Of a stretch of 64,000 nt of DNA, positions 36,640-46,641 are shown piece after piece. The stretch's first letter is position 1. Each line of letters opens with the position of its first letter. Source of the stretch: Alphaproteobacteria bacterium (GTDB lineage: Bacteria > Pseudomonadota > Alphaproteobacteria > Bin95); assembly GCA_963665325.3 (NCBI GenBank), contig CAXXWS020000001.1, positions 1 to 64,000 on the forward strand. The letters are read 5' to 3'. The notes below the pieces were generated by a model that was not told where the DNA came from, did no database searches, and was given only the letters and a program-made list of their open reading frames with translations. The position numbers and the translations under genes are program-made.

Positions 36640-37469
36640 GCGACTCCGTCTCCACACAGATGGGCATGCATACCGAGCCCCTGACGGGCCGGGACATCAA
36701 GACCAAGTTCACGCTCCGGAACGAGGGCGGTTTCGCTTACCACTTCGCGCGGGATGTCGACTTCAACCGGCGCGCCGAAATCGACTGCGCCGAGCTGGAG
36801 CCGTCGGAAATCAACCGGAAGATACGTGACCTGATGGATGCCGGTCACGGCAGCATCGTGCTCAGGAATCCGGGCGCGAAACATTCTCTGATCGTCGGCA
36901 TCCTCAACCGGATGAACATCATTGTCGAAGGCAGCCTGGGTTATTTCGGCTGCGGCCTGCTCGACGGGCCGAATGTCCGGATTTCCGGCCGGGTCGGCTG
37001 GTCGTTCGGCGAGAACATGATGGCCGGGGTATGCGTGATCGAGAAGAACGCCGGCTCCACGTTCGGGGCGGCGCTGCGCGGAGGCGATCTGGTGTGCAAG
37101 GGCTCGGTCGGCTCGCGCACCGGAATCGACCAGAAGGGCGGCACCATCATCGTCGGCGGCGATACCGGCGCGTTTTCCGGATTCATGATGCAGCGCGGGC
37201 GCATCGTGGTCTGCGGCAATGCTGGAAAGAACCTCGGCGACTCGATGTATGACGGCACCATCTATATCGGCGGCGAGATCCAGGACCTGGGCGTCGATGC
37301 GGTCCCGGCGGAGCTGACCGACCTCGACCGCGCCTGGCTGACCCGCAAGCTGACCATGTACGAATTGCTGCCCGAGAACGGCGTCGATCACTTCACCAAG
37401 ATCGTCGCCGGCAAGCAGCTCTGGAGCTACGACAATCTCGAACCGACGGAGAAGAAGCTGGTCCTCTAG
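36627..37469 (+). CDS. mgsB: N-methylglutamate synthase subunit B (GXGXG, GlxC)
   Basis: GSLGYFG, ENMMAG, GIDQKGG, FMMQRG, LGDSMYDG. Confidence 0.85.
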   Translation: MAGVSDSVSTQMGMHTEPLTGRDIKTKFTLRNEGGFAYHFARDVDFNRRAEIDCAELEPSEINRKIRDLMDAGHGSIVLRNPGAKHSLIVGILNRMNIIVEGSLGYFGCGLLDGPNVRISGRVGWSFGENMMAGVCVIEKNAGSTFGAALRGGDLVCKGSVGSRTGIDQKGGTIIVGGDTGAFSGFMMQRGRIVVCGNAGKNLGDSMYDGTIYIGGEIQDLGVDAVPAELTDLDRAWLTRKLTMYELLPENGVDHFTKIVAGKQLWSYDNLEPTEKKLVL

Positions 37470-37517
37470 GCAGGGCCCGCTTTGCGAATCGCCGTCGAAC
37501 CGCAGGAAGAGACCGAT

Positions 37518-38894
37518 ATGCTGGACGATCCGACCCCGGGCGACACCGGCCATTCCAAGCTGGAAGTCGAGGAAAAGTACATTCTTGGCAAGAGCCGGAT
37601 TTTCACGCCGGAAGTCATCAACGACATCCATGTGAAGTCGGAGCTCGGCCGCTACCGGATGCGCGGGTTCTCGCTGTTCAAGAAGATTCCGCACTGGGAC
37701 GACCTGACCTTCCTGCCCGGTACGCTGACGCGTTTCGTGATCGAGGGCTATCGCGAGAAGTGCGAGACCAGGACGGTGATCGGCCCGCGCGCGAAGCGGC
37801 CGCTGGAACTGGACATTCCGGTCTACATAACCGGCATGAGCTTCGGCGCACTCTCGTTCGAGGCCAAGACGGCGCTCGCCCGCGGCGCCACCATGGCCGG
37901 CACCGCCACCTGTTCCGGCGAAGGCGGCATGATCCCCGACGAACGGCGCTATTCGTCCAAATGGTTCTACCAGTGCATCCAGTCGCGCTACGGCTTCAAC
38001 CCGCACCATCTGCTGCTGGCGGACGGGTGCGAATTCTTCATCGGCCAGGGCTGCAAGGTCGGGCTCGGAGGCCATCTAATGGGCCAGAAGGTGACCGACC
38101 AGGTGGCGGAGATGCGCTCGCTGCCTGCCGGTATCGACCAGCGCTCGCCGGCTCGCCATCCCGACTGGCTGGGGCCGGACGACCTGGCCTTGAAGATCCT
38201 GGAAATCAGGGAAGCCACCGACTGGCAGATTCCGATCCAGCTCAAGCTCGGCGCTGCACGCGTGTATGACGATGTTCGCATGGCGGTGAAGTGCGATCCG
38301 GATTCGATCTATATCGACGGCATGGAAGGCGGCACCGGCGCCGGTCCGCATCTGGCGACCGAGGAGACCGGCGTGCCGGGCATCGCCGCGATCCGGCAGG
38401 CCCGGCGGGCAATCGACGATCTCGGCAAACGGGGCGAGATTTCGCTGGTCTATGCCGGCGGCATTCGCAATGGCGGCGATGTGGCCAAGGCGCTCGCGCT
38501 TGGCGCGGACGCTATCGCGATCGGCCATTCGGCGCTGATGGCCCTCAACTGCAACAAGGACATTCCCGAAGCCGACTACCCGTCGGAGATGGGGGTTCGG
38601 CCCGGCGCTTGCTATCACTGCCACACCGGCCGCTGCCCGGTCGGCGTCGCCACCCAGGATCCGGATTTGCGCAGGCGGCTCAATCCGGACGAGGCGGCGG
38701 AGCGCGTCTACAACTTCCTGCACACGCTGACCATGGAAGCGCAGATGATGGCCCGTGCCTGCGGCAAGACCGACATCCACAGCCTCGAGCCCGAAGACCT
38801 GGCCGCGCTGACGATGGAAGCTTCCGCAATCGCGCAGGTTCCGCTTGCCGGCACCGACTACACAATCGGTGTCAAAGATTATCACCACATCTAG
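37518..38894 (+). CDS. mgsC: N-methylglutamate synthase subunit C (FMN-binding, GlxD)
   Basis: MSFGALS, SGEGG, RHPDW, GGIRNG, CYHCHTGRCPVG. Confidence 0.88.
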   Translation: MLDDPTPGDTGHSKLEVEEKYILGKSRIFTPEVINDIHVKSELGRYRMRGFSLFKKIPHWDDLTFLPGTLTRFVIEGYREKCETRTVIGPRAKRPLELDIPVYITGMSFGALSFEAKTALARGATMAGTATCSGEGGMIPDERRYSSKWFYQCIQSRYGFNPHHLLLADGCEFFIGQGCKVGLGGHLMGQKVTDQVAEMRSLPAGIDQRSPARHPDWLGPDDLALKILEIREATDWQIPIQLKLGAARVYDDVRMAVKCDPDSIYIDGMEGGTGAGPHLATEETGVPGIAAIRQARRAIDDLGKRGEISLVYAGGIRNGGDVAKALALGADAIAIGHSALMALNCNKDIPEADYPSEMGVRPGACYHCHTGRCPVGVATQDPDLRRRLNPDEAAERVYNFLHTLTMEAQMMARACGKTDIHSLEPEDLAALTMEASAIAQVPLAGTDYTIGVKDYHHI

Positions 38895-38911
38895 ACGGAA
38901 GGGCTCGCAAG

Positions 38912-39322
38912 ATGGCCGGATCCGGATACAAGGGCGCCAAGATCGACGATGTCGATCATTTCCTGAAAGGCGGCGGGCTCGATTCAGAGCGCGAGCAGAC
39001 CATCGGGCAGCACATCGGCTACCGCTACGATGTCAACCTGCTACCCGACTACGACAGGCTTACCCCGTTTCTGAGGGACTATCTGGAGTTCATGGGCTGG
39101 GATGACCTGAATTGGCTGGAAGATGTCCATATGGGCTATGACGACGGTCAGGCTGCGGTGTTCGACAGGAACATCAACGGCTGGGTCGCGATCCCCGAGG
39201 ACATGGATTTACCGGACAACCAGCAGGACCGGGACATGATCGCCAGGGAAATGCTGATCAAGTTCCAGATGTCGCCCGACCATCCGATGGTGGACCTGTA
39301 CAAGGCGTATCGGAAGTTCTGA
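38912..39322 (+). CDS. Hypothetical acidic protein at the end of the mgs operon
   Basis: 136-aa ORF with host-like codon usage, 17 bp after mgsC. Confidence 0.78.
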   Translation: MAGSGYKGAKIDDVDHFLKGGGLDSEREQTIGQHIGYRYDVNLLPDYDRLTPFLRDYLEFMGWDDLNWLEDVHMGYDDGQAAVFDRNINGWVAIPEDMDLPDNQQDRDMIAREMLIKFQMSPDHPMVDLYKAYRKF

Positions 39323-39326
39323 GGCT

Positions 39327-39887
39327 TCAGTCGGCCCGGACCAGGAGCGAGAGGGCTGCCGTCCAGTCCGGTTTGAAACCCAGAATGCGCACACCGTCCG
39401 ACAGCTGGGTGTTGAACAGCCGGTTGTGCCACAGCGTGTTGCGGTACGCCGGCTCCTCGGGCGCCATCTCGCGCACGGCCGAGGGCAGTCGGTAGGACTG
39501 GCCGAACTGCCGGAACTCCAGCCGACAGGCCCCAAGCTCCGCCAACAGGGCCGCAAGCCGGGACTCCGACAGGAAGAGGGCGGTCAGCTCGTCCGAGAAC
39601 CAGTTGGCCCGTTGGTAGTGGGTCGATTGCAGGAAGGTGAGGCCTTTCTGGTAGACCTCGTTGGGGTCGTGGTTTTTCCGGACCTGGAATTCGAAAAAGT
39701 CCGAGCTTTCCGACGGGTCGCTGCGGACCAGCAGGACGATCGTGCCTTCGGAGAGGGTGCGGCCATCGGGAGACAGGATCACCGGCCGCATCCCCTCGGA
39801 CGGTCGCCCGCCATCCTCGCGCATGGCGATCTGGCGCAGCCGGCACTGCCAGATGAGGAACTGTTGGCGCAGGGTTTCCGGGGTCAC
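39327..39887 (-). CDS. Hypothetical protein
   Basis: 186-aa ORF downstream of a GlxA regulator, convergent with the mgs operon. Confidence 0.7.
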   Translation of the reverse strand: MTPETLRQQFLIWQCRLRQIAMREDGGRPSEGMRPVILSPDGRTLSEGTIVLLVRSDPSESSDFFEFQVRKNHDPNEVYQKGLTFLQSTHYQRANWFSDELTALFLSESRLAALLAELGACRLEFRQFGQSYRLPSAVREMAPEEPAYRNTLWHNRLFNTQLSDGVRILGFKPDWTAALSLLVRAD

Positions 39888-39944
39888 GATGCTCGCCCTG
39901 TCTCGTTTGCGGGCAGCGACGTTAGCAAGGCGGCAGACGGGTTG

Positions 39945-40916
39945 CTAGACGCCGCGGCGCCACTGTCCCGGCGTCGTGCCACGACGCTGCTTGAGGTGCC
40001 GGCCCAAGTGGGACGCCGACTGGAATCCGCAGCCGACGGCGATTTCCGAAACGCTCATGCCGGTCTGCCGGAGCAGGCTGGCGGCGCGGTCGATCCGCAG
40101 ATCGAGATAGAACTGCCCCGGCGGCCGCCCGAGCCGGCTGCGGAACAGCCTCGTGAGCTGCCGGGCCGAAAGCCCGACCGCGGCGGCGATCCTGTCCAGG
40201 GACAAGGTGTCTTCGAGATTCCGTTCCATGAGCAGGATGGCCTCGGCGAGATGCGGGTTGCGGCCGGCCATGCGGATTGCGGCGGTCACATGCCGTTCCT
40301 GCCCGGCCTCGCGAATCCGGTCGTGGACGTAGTTTTCCGCCACTAGGGACGCGGTCTCTCCGCCATGGGCCTCCATGATGAAGGTCAGCATGAGGTCCAG
40401 GCTGGTGGTTCCCCCGGCGCAGCTGAACCGGTTGCGGTCGATCTCGTAGATCGAGGTGCGGATATCGAGATCGGGAAACCGCTCCCGGTAGCTGTCCAGG
40501 CATTTCCAGTGGATGGTCGAGCGATGACCGTCGAACAGTCCGGCGGCGGCGACCGGGAAGGCGCCGTCCGATATCGACCCGATCCGGGCGCCGCCGCCTG
40601 CGGCCTGCGCCAACGCTGCCGCAAGCGCCTGCGACTCGTAGTTGTGAGATCGTTCACCGCCGACAACGGCAATCAGATCGGGCGCCTCTCCGGCTCCGCG
40701 CCCTTTGACCAAAGATGCCGCCGGCAACCGGATATGGCTGGAAGAAGGGATCGGATCTCCAGCCGGAGGATCGCCCAGATCGGCGGTGAGGCGCCATTCA
40801 TAGGCGCTGCGGCCGAGCACCAGATTGGTTGCCCGCAGGGCATCGACCGCGCAGGACAGGGCGAGCAGCGAAAAGCCCGGAACCAGGGCGAACTCCACCC
40901 TAACCGGCTCTTCCAT
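39945..40916 (-). CDS. GlxA/GbdR-type AraC regulator (DJ-1-like + AraC HTH)
   Basis: GFSLLA...DALR, TIHW, CAGG...DLML, SARQLTRLF, IAVGCGF. Confidence 0.9.
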   Translation of the reverse strand: MEEPVRVEFALVPGFSLLALSCAVDALRATNLVLGRSAYEWRLTADLGDPPAGDPIPSSSHIRLPAASLVKGRGAGEAPDLIAVVGGERSHNYESQALAAALAQAAGGGARIGSISDGAFPVAAAGLFDGHRSTIHWKCLDSYRERFPDLDIRTSIYEIDRNRFSCAGGTTSLDLMLTFIMEAHGGETASLVAENYVHDRIREAGQERHVTAAIRMAGRNPHLAEAILLMERNLEDTLSLDRIAAAVGLSARQLTRLFRSRLGRPPGQFYLDLRIDRAASLLRQTGMSVSEIAVGCGFQSASHLGRHLKQRRGTTPGQWRRGV

Positions 40917-41057
40917 CGCTTTCGACCTCCCGGGGAGCACAGCGCAATTCCGGCAAAATAGTATCTTTTTCTGTCTGCCAGGTTGTTTTTCTTGTGTGCC
41001 AAGGGACGCAGGATTCGATGACGCCGCTCTTCCAATCCTGTTCGAAAGGTATGCCCC

Positions 41058-42401
41058 ATGAGCTTTCCGACCCATGCGCGCCATGTCGTCATCGGCGCTG
41101 GAATCCACGGCCTGTCGACCGCCTGGCGGTTGGCCGAACGCCTGCGGGCGGCCGGCAAGGGCAGCGGCGCCGACATCCTTGTGCTCGACAAGTCGGCCAT
41201 CGCCGCGGGCGCGAGCGGAATCGCCTGCGGTGTGGTCCGCAACAACTATTTCCAGCCGGCGATGCGCGAGCTGATGGCGCACAGCGTGGATGTCTGGGAA
41301 ACCGACCCGAAGGGTTTCAGCTACCACCCCGTGGGCTACATGCAGGTCAGCCACGAGGCCATGCGCGAGGATGTGACGAGCATCTACGAACAGCAGAAGG
41401 AGATCGGCTATCCCTCCGAATTCATCGAGGGTGAGAAGGACTGTATGACCTATATGAAGGGTCTGCTGTCCGATTGGCGGGCCGAAGGCGTCACCTCCGT
41501 CCTGCACGAGAAGAAAGGCGGTTACGCCAACAATACCGCCGCCATTTACGGCCTCGCCAACAAGGCGGAGGCTCAGGGCGTCCGAATCATAACCGGCGTG
41601 ACGGTGACCGGCTTCGAGCGAGGCAGCAATTCCGATGCGGTCTCAGCCGTCGTCACCGACCGGGGAACCATCGAATGCGACCGGGTCGTTGTCGCGGTCG
41701 GTCCCTGGGTCAAGACGATCTGGGACATGCTCGACCTGCCGCGCGAGGTGTCGATCAAGGGACCCGACGGCAGAATGCATCGCGGCATCCCGACCTGGCG
41801 CTACTGGTGCCTGGAGGAAGGCGTCATCGGCGTCGATCCCGACCTGCAGAAGCTCAATGACGGAGGCATGCCCCCGGTCATCCATGTCGATACAGATGCG
41901 CCGCTGCGCTCGGACGTCGACGGGTCGGTCATTACCGAGAAACCGTGGGGCATCTACTACAAGCCGGATCTCCAATTCGACGGTGTCCAGGGAGGCGCCA
42001 TGCCCTATGAGGTGAAAACGCCCGCCGACGACGTGGCGATCGATCCCTACGGCCCGGGATCGCCGGAGTTCGTCGTAGGCGACGATTTCGCCCACATGTG
42101 GTGCTCGGCGCTGGCCTTCTGCCAAGAGCGCTTCTCCGGCCAGATCGGCAAATTCAGAAAGGAGCCGTCGGGCGGTCTGGGCTGCTTCACACCGGACAGC
42201 TTCCCGGTGTTCGACACCTTCTGCGAGAACGTCCACATCATCGCAGACAGCAACCACGGTTTCAAAATGATTGGCGTCGGCCACCTGGTTGCGGGAGAAA
42301 TGATGGGTGACAAGCAGGCCCTGCTCGAACCGTTCCGTTTCAGCCGCTACGCCGAGGGCAGGCTGCACCCGACGAGCAAGAGCCCGTTCCCCTGGAGCTG
42401 A
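41058..42401 (+). CDS. FAD-dependent (DAO/SoxB-like) amine oxidoreductase, stand-alone
   Basis: GAGIHG, GASGIACGVVRNNY, FTPDSFP, SNHGFKM. Confidence 0.85.
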   Translation: MSFPTHARHVVIGAGIHGLSTAWRLAERLRAAGKGSGADILVLDKSAIAAGASGIACGVVRNNYFQPAMRELMAHSVDVWETDPKGFSYHPVGYMQVSHEAMREDVTSIYEQQKEIGYPSEFIEGEKDCMTYMKGLLSDWRAEGVTSVLHEKKGGYANNTAAIYGLANKAEAQGVRIITGVTVTGFERGSNSDAVSAVVTDRGTIECDRVVVAVGPWVKTIWDMLDLPREVSIKGPDGRMHRGIPTWRYWCLEEGVIGVDPDLQKLNDGGMPPVIHVDTDAPLRSDVDGSVITEKPWGIYYKPDLQFDGVQGGAMPYEVKTPADDVAIDPYGPGSPEFVVGDDFAHMWCSALAFCQERFSGQIGKFRKEPSGGLGCFTPDSFPVFDTFCENVHIIADSNHGFKMIGVGHLVAGEMMGDKQALLEPFRFSRYAEGRLHPTSKSPFPWS

Positions 42402-42421
42402 TCCAGGGAAGGACAACGAAA

Positions 42422-42451
42422 AAGCCCCCGCCAGTCTCCCGGCGGGGGCTT
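42422..42451. terminator. Intrinsic terminator between convergent genes
   Basis: AAGCCCCCGCC-N8-GGCGGGGGCTT with an A-run on the left. Confidence 0.8.
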
Positions 42452-42479
42452 GTTCGTTGGGTTGCGCCCCTGGTCGCGG

Positions 42480-42698
42480 TCAGTCGCCTTCGAGGGCCTC
42501 GTTGATCGAGCCTTCGTCGCCGTGCCGGCTGACAATTCCCTCATAGTCGGCTTTCTCGGCCCGGATCTGCAGGACGTGCCAGCCGAGCCACAGAACCACG
42601 CCGATAATCAGAAACAGCCCTTCCGTGCCCTGGAAGGGGTAAAGGGCGCCGATGTCTTTCAGATCGACCGCCCAGCTCTCGATGCCTGTCGTTGACAT
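42480..42698 (-). CDS. Small single-TM protein downstream of amt
   Basis: 72 aa, AGGAG RBS, YPF.G.E followed by a TM segment ending WHV.Q. Confidence 0.75.
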   Translation of the reverse strand: MSTTGIESWAVDLKDIGALYPFQGTEGLFLIIGVVLWLGWHVLQIRAEKADYEGIVSRHGDEGSINEALEGD

Positions 42699-42775
42699 GC
42701 TTCTTTCTCCTTTCCGGCCTCCGGTCCGCCGGCGTCGAGGCGCCGGTGGATGTCGGTGCGAATGGGGTCAACCCG

Positions 42776-44128
42776 TCAGACGGCTGCCTTCTCGGTTGCG
42801 CGGACATCGGCCGCTGCGGCCTGTTCGTCGCGGTTGGTCGCGAAGTCCAGTCCCAGCAGTTCGATCTGCTTGGGAATTCGCAGCATTCCCGCTGCGGCAA
42901 GGATCTTGGCGACCACCCAGCCCGGCAGGAAACCGAGCACGAAGAACATGATGATCGCGCCGGCGAACTGGCCGAGCGGGTTGATCGTGGCGTAGCCTTC
43001 GTAGGGCGAACTCGGATGGCCCCACAGCACGAAGCCGCAGACGACCAGGCCGATGAAGCCGGCATAGCCGTGGACCGCCACGGCGCCGACGGCATCGTCG
43101 ATCTTGAACTTCCGCTCCACCCAGAAGTGCAGCTTGTAGGCACAGAATGTGCCGAAGCCGCCGATGATCATGGCGTGGATGGGATGGTACAGATCGTTGC
43201 CGGCCGATGCTGTGATGATGCCTGCCAGACCGCCGGAATAGGTCCAGAAGGCATTGCCCTTGGAGACCAGATAGCCGGCCAGCAGACCGCCTGAGAGCGA
43301 CATCAGGAAGTTTACCGTGATGGCGCCGAGCGTCGTCGGCGTCAGGTAGATGGTCGTCGCCGTCCAAGTATCGCCCGTGATCTGGCCGCCGATAGTCCCA
43401 GGGTCGATGAGCGGCACATTGCAGGCAACGTAGAAGCCCCAGAAGCCGGCATAGATCAGGAACAGGCCGATGCACACCATCCACGGGTTATGGGGATTGA
43501 TGTCCCGCGGCGTGCCGTCGGGTGCGAACTTGCCGAGCCGTGGCCCCAGTACCACCAGGATGCCGAGCGCGAACCCGCCGGCGATCGCGTGGATCACGCC
43601 GGAAGCGTAGGCGTCGTGATAGCCCAGCAGTTGGACCATCCAGCCGCCGTAATGCCAGCCCCAGGCCGCGTCGATGATCCAGGCGCCCGATCCGATCACG
43701 ACCGCGAGAATCCAGAAGGCGCCCGAATTGATCCGCTCGATCACCGAACCGGACACGATGGAGGCCGCCGTCCACGAGAACAGCAGGAAGGCCGCCCAGA
43801 ACACGCCGGTGATCCGGTCGCCGGCGTTCGGGCCCATGGTCTCCGACCAGGGCGTGTTGGCCTCACCCATCGCAAGATCGAGGCCTCCCGTAATCCACGG
43901 CCCGTTCGGCATGGCCCAGTAAAGCCACCAGCCGAAGAAGAAGAACGTGATCGTCACCAGCGGGATCAGCATCGTGTTCTTCATCAGGGTGTGCATGTGG
44001 TTGCGCCGCCGGCTCGCGCCGACTTCGTACATGCAGAACCCGATATGGATGAAGAACATCAACGGTATGGTCGCCCAGTAGTAGAACTCGGTGAATACCG
44101 TCGTCAGGGCGTTGAGATTGCCTTCCAT
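42776..44128 (-). CDS. amt: Amt-family (methyl)ammonium transporter
   Basis: SGSVIER, twin His (SGVIH, AVHG), GPRLGKF, IDDAVG. Confidence 0.9.
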   Translation of the reverse strand: MEGNLNALTTVFTEFYYWATIPLMFFIHIGFCMYEVGASRRRNHMHTLMKNTMLIPLVTITFFFFGWWLYWAMPNGPWITGGLDLAMGEANTPWSETMGPNAGDRITGVFWAAFLLFSWTAASIVSGSVIERINSGAFWILAVVIGSGAWIIDAAWGWHYGGWMVQLLGYHDAYASGVIHAIAGGFALGILVVLGPRLGKFAPDGTPRDINPHNPWMVCIGLFLIYAGFWGFYVACNVPLIDPGTIGGQITGDTWTATTIYLTPTTLGAITVNFLMSLSGGLLAGYLVSKGNAFWTYSGGLAGIITASAGNDLYHPIHAMIIGGFGTFCAYKLHFWVERKFKIDDAVGAVAVHGYAGFIGLVVCGFVLWGHPSSPYEGYATINPLGQFAGAIIMFFVLGFLPGWVVAKILAAAGMLRIPKQIELLGLDFATNRDEQAAAADVRATEKAAV

Positions 44129-44278
44129 GGCTCTGGCTCTCCGAACGGTTGTCTCTTGGCGCCGGTCGGCGGCAAGACCGGTTCGAACCAATTTCTCCCG
44201 GCCGGCGACCGCCCAGTCCAATGAAGCATGGCGGTTTTTCCGGAATGTTTCAATAATTTTGACGACCATTCGATTCTA

Positions 44279-44294
44279 ATTGGTCAAGAATGGT
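44279..44294. promoter_or_regulatory. AWTGGT-N4-AWTGGT operator candidate (amt promoter)
   Basis: ATTGGT-CAAG-AATGGT, plus an inverted ACCATT at 44265. Confidence 0.7.
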
Positions 44295-44313
44295 TCAATA
44301 GAACATTAAGCAG

Positions 44314-45294
44314 TCAACGCCTGTGAAGCACTTCAAGGCGATGGTGCGACGGTGTTTCGCCAAACCGCTTCCGGTAGGCGGTGGCGAAATGGGCGGCGCC
44401 GGAAAAGCCTGTGGCAATTGCAATTTCGAGTATGGGCAGGTCGGTCTGGCGTAATAGTTCGCGGGATTTCTCCAGCCGCAGGTCGCGATAGAACGCCCCG
44501 GCGCTGCGGCCCAGCCCGGCGCGGAATTGCCGATTCAGATGACGCGCGCTCACGCCGGCAATTTGGCCAAGGTCGGAAAGCGGCAGCGGGTCGGCGATAT
44601 GGTTTTCCATTGCCTCTATAGCGGCCAGTACGGCGTGTCGGTTCGTGCCGTAACGCTCCGCGAGGCCGGCCCGCTGCGGACCGCCGGCGGGACGCACATC
44701 GGTATGCATGAACCAGTCGCTGACCCTCCGCGCGAAGTCCGCACCGTGATGCTCGGCGATAAGGGCGTGCATCATGTCCAGCGGCGCCGTCCCGCCGGCG
44801 CAGGTGATGCGGTCGCGGTCCACGACATAAAGGGTACGCTCCAGGAGGAGGCCGGGGTGCCGCTCGGCCAGGGCGGCGGCGTGCTCCCAGTGAAGCGTCA
44901 TCCGCCGGTTTTCCATGATGCCGGCATTGGCGAGTACCGCCGGCCCGCCGGAGACGCCGCCCAGCATGCGGCCATGCCGGGCCTGATGCCGCAGCCATTG
45001 AAACACCCGGTCGTCCTGAAAGCCGACCGGGTCGCCGCCGGCGACGACGAATGCGAGGTCGTATGCACCGGTCGCTTCCCCGAGCCCGGCGACCGCGACC
45101 GAAGCCGCGGACGAACTGTTCAGCAGCTCCGCCGTCTTCGGCCCGGCGGCGAAATGGAAGACTTCGTATAGCCGTCTGCCGGCCAGCAGATTGGCGGCGC
45201 GCAACGGTTCGCTCACGGCGGCGAACGACATCAGCGCAAAACCCTCGACAAGGACGAACGCAACCCGGCGGACGGGAAGAGTCGGTTCAAGCAT
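44314..45294 (-). CDS. GlxA/SouR-type AraC regulator
   Basis: EPLRAAN, TLHWEH, TCAGGTAPLDMM; divergent from soxBDAG. Confidence 0.9.
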   Translation of the reverse strand: MLEPTLPVRRVAFVLVEGFALMSFAAVSEPLRAANLLAGRRLYEVFHFAAGPKTAELLNSSSAASVAVAGLGEATGAYDLAFVVAGGDPVGFQDDRVFQWLRHQARHGRMLGGVSGGPAVLANAGIMENRRMTLHWEHAAALAERHPGLLLERTLYVVDRDRITCAGGTAPLDMMHALIAEHHGADFARRVSDWFMHTDVRPAGGPQRAGLAERYGTNRHAVLAAIEAMENHIADPLPLSDLGQIAGVSARHLNRQFRAGLGRSAGAFYRDLRLEKSRELLRQTDLPILEIAIATGFSGAAHFATAYRKRFGETPSHHRLEVLHRR

Positions 45295-45380
45295 GTCTTG
45301 ATTATTAAAGAATACGTCCACAAACGGGAAGCGTAGAATTGGAGATCGGCGCATCAATCGGGCGTTGGACCGAGGACGCC

Positions 45381-46631
45381 ATGCGCTATTCCGTATTGCA
45401 AATCCTCAGGCAGGGCCTGACAGGCAATCGCGGCTGGAAGCCGGTCTGGCGCGAGCCGGAACCGAAGCGGCACTACGACACCATCGTTGTCGGCGGCGGC
45501 GGGCACGGCCTCGCCACAGCCTACTATCTGGCCTCGGTGCACGGCCTGACCGATGTCGCGGTGCTTGAAAAGGGCTGGCTCGGCTCCGGCAATGTCGGCC
45601 GCAACACGACGATCGTCCGCTCCAACTATCTGCTGCCCGGCAACGAGCCCTTCTACGAACTGTCGATGAAGCTGTGGGAAGGCCTGGAGCAGGACGTCAA
45701 CTACAACGCCATGGTCTCGCAGCGCGGGATCATCAACCTGTACCACAGCGACGGTCAGCGCGATGCCGCCGCCCGGCGCGGCAATGCCATGATCCTCGCC
45801 GGAGCCGATGCAGTCCTGCTCGACCGCGAGGCGTTGCAAAGGAAATGCCCCTACCTGGACTTCGACAACGAACGCTTCCCGATCAAGGGTGGGCTGTGGC
45901 AGCCGCGCGGCGGCACGGTGCGCCACGATGCGGTCGCCTGGGGTTATGCCCGCGGCGCCGACCGGCGCGGCGTGGATTTGATCCAGAACTGCGAAGTGAC
46001 CGGCTTCGACATTCGTAACGGCGTGTGCCACGGCGTCGAGACGCCGCGCGGCACGATCGGGGCCGACAGGGTGGCGGTCTGCGTTGCCGGTTCCTCCGGC
46101 CGGGTCATGGGCTATGCCGGTCTGCGCCTGCCGATCGAAAGCCATGTCCTGCAGGCCTTCGTCACCGAAGGGCTGAAACCCGCCATTCCCGGTGTCATCA
46201 CTTACGGGGCCGGGCACTTCTATGTCAGCCAGTCCGACAAGGGCGGCCTGGTCTTCGGCGGCGATATCGACGGCTACAACTCCTACGCCCAGCGCGGCAA
46301 CCTGCCGATGGTCGAGGATGTCTGCGAGGGCGGCATGGCGCTGATGCCGATGATCGGCCGGGCGCGGGTGCTGCGCATGTGGGGCGGCCTGGTCGACATG
46401 TCGATGGACGGCTCGCCCTTCATCGACAAGACGCCGGTCGAGGGGCTCTATTTCAACGGCGGCTGGAACTATGGCGGCTTCAAGGCGACTCCGGCGAGCG
46501 GCTACTGCTACGCCCACCTGATTGCGACCGGCGCGCCGCACCCGGTCGCCGCCGAGATGCGGCTGGACCGTTTCGAGCGCGGCGCCCCGATCGACGAAAA
46601 GGGCGTCGGCGCCCAGCCGAACCTGCATTAG
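45381..46631 (+). CDS. soxB: Heterotetrameric sarcosine oxidase/N-methylglutamate dehydrogenase beta subunit
   Basis: GGGGHGLATAYYL, GRNTTIVRSNY, RHDAVAWGYAR. Confidence 0.92.
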   Translation: MRYSVLQILRQGLTGNRGWKPVWREPEPKRHYDTIVVGGGGHGLATAYYLASVHGLTDVAVLEKGWLGSGNVGRNTTIVRSNYLLPGNEPFYELSMKLWEGLEQDVNYNAMVSQRGIINLYHSDGQRDAAARRGNAMILAGADAVLLDREALQRKCPYLDFDNERFPIKGGLWQPRGGTVRHDAVAWGYARGADRRGVDLIQNCEVTGFDIRNGVCHGVETPRGTIGADRVAVCVAGSSGRVMGYAGLRLPIESHVLQAFVTEGLKPAIPGVITYGAGHFYVSQSDKGGLVFGGDIDGYNSYAQRGNLPMVEDVCEGGMALMPMIGRARVLRMWGGLVDMSMDGSPFIDKTPVEGLYFNGGWNYGGFKATPASGYCYAHLIATGAPHPVAAEMRLDRFERGAPIDEKGVGAQPNLH

Positions 46632-46641
46632 GGCGCGCGGG

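Noticed and set aside
34206-38894. Housekeeping glutamine synthetase/glutamate synthase (glnA/gltB)
   Set aside because: The split GlxB/C/D architecture and methylamine context indicate the N-methylglutamate pathway.
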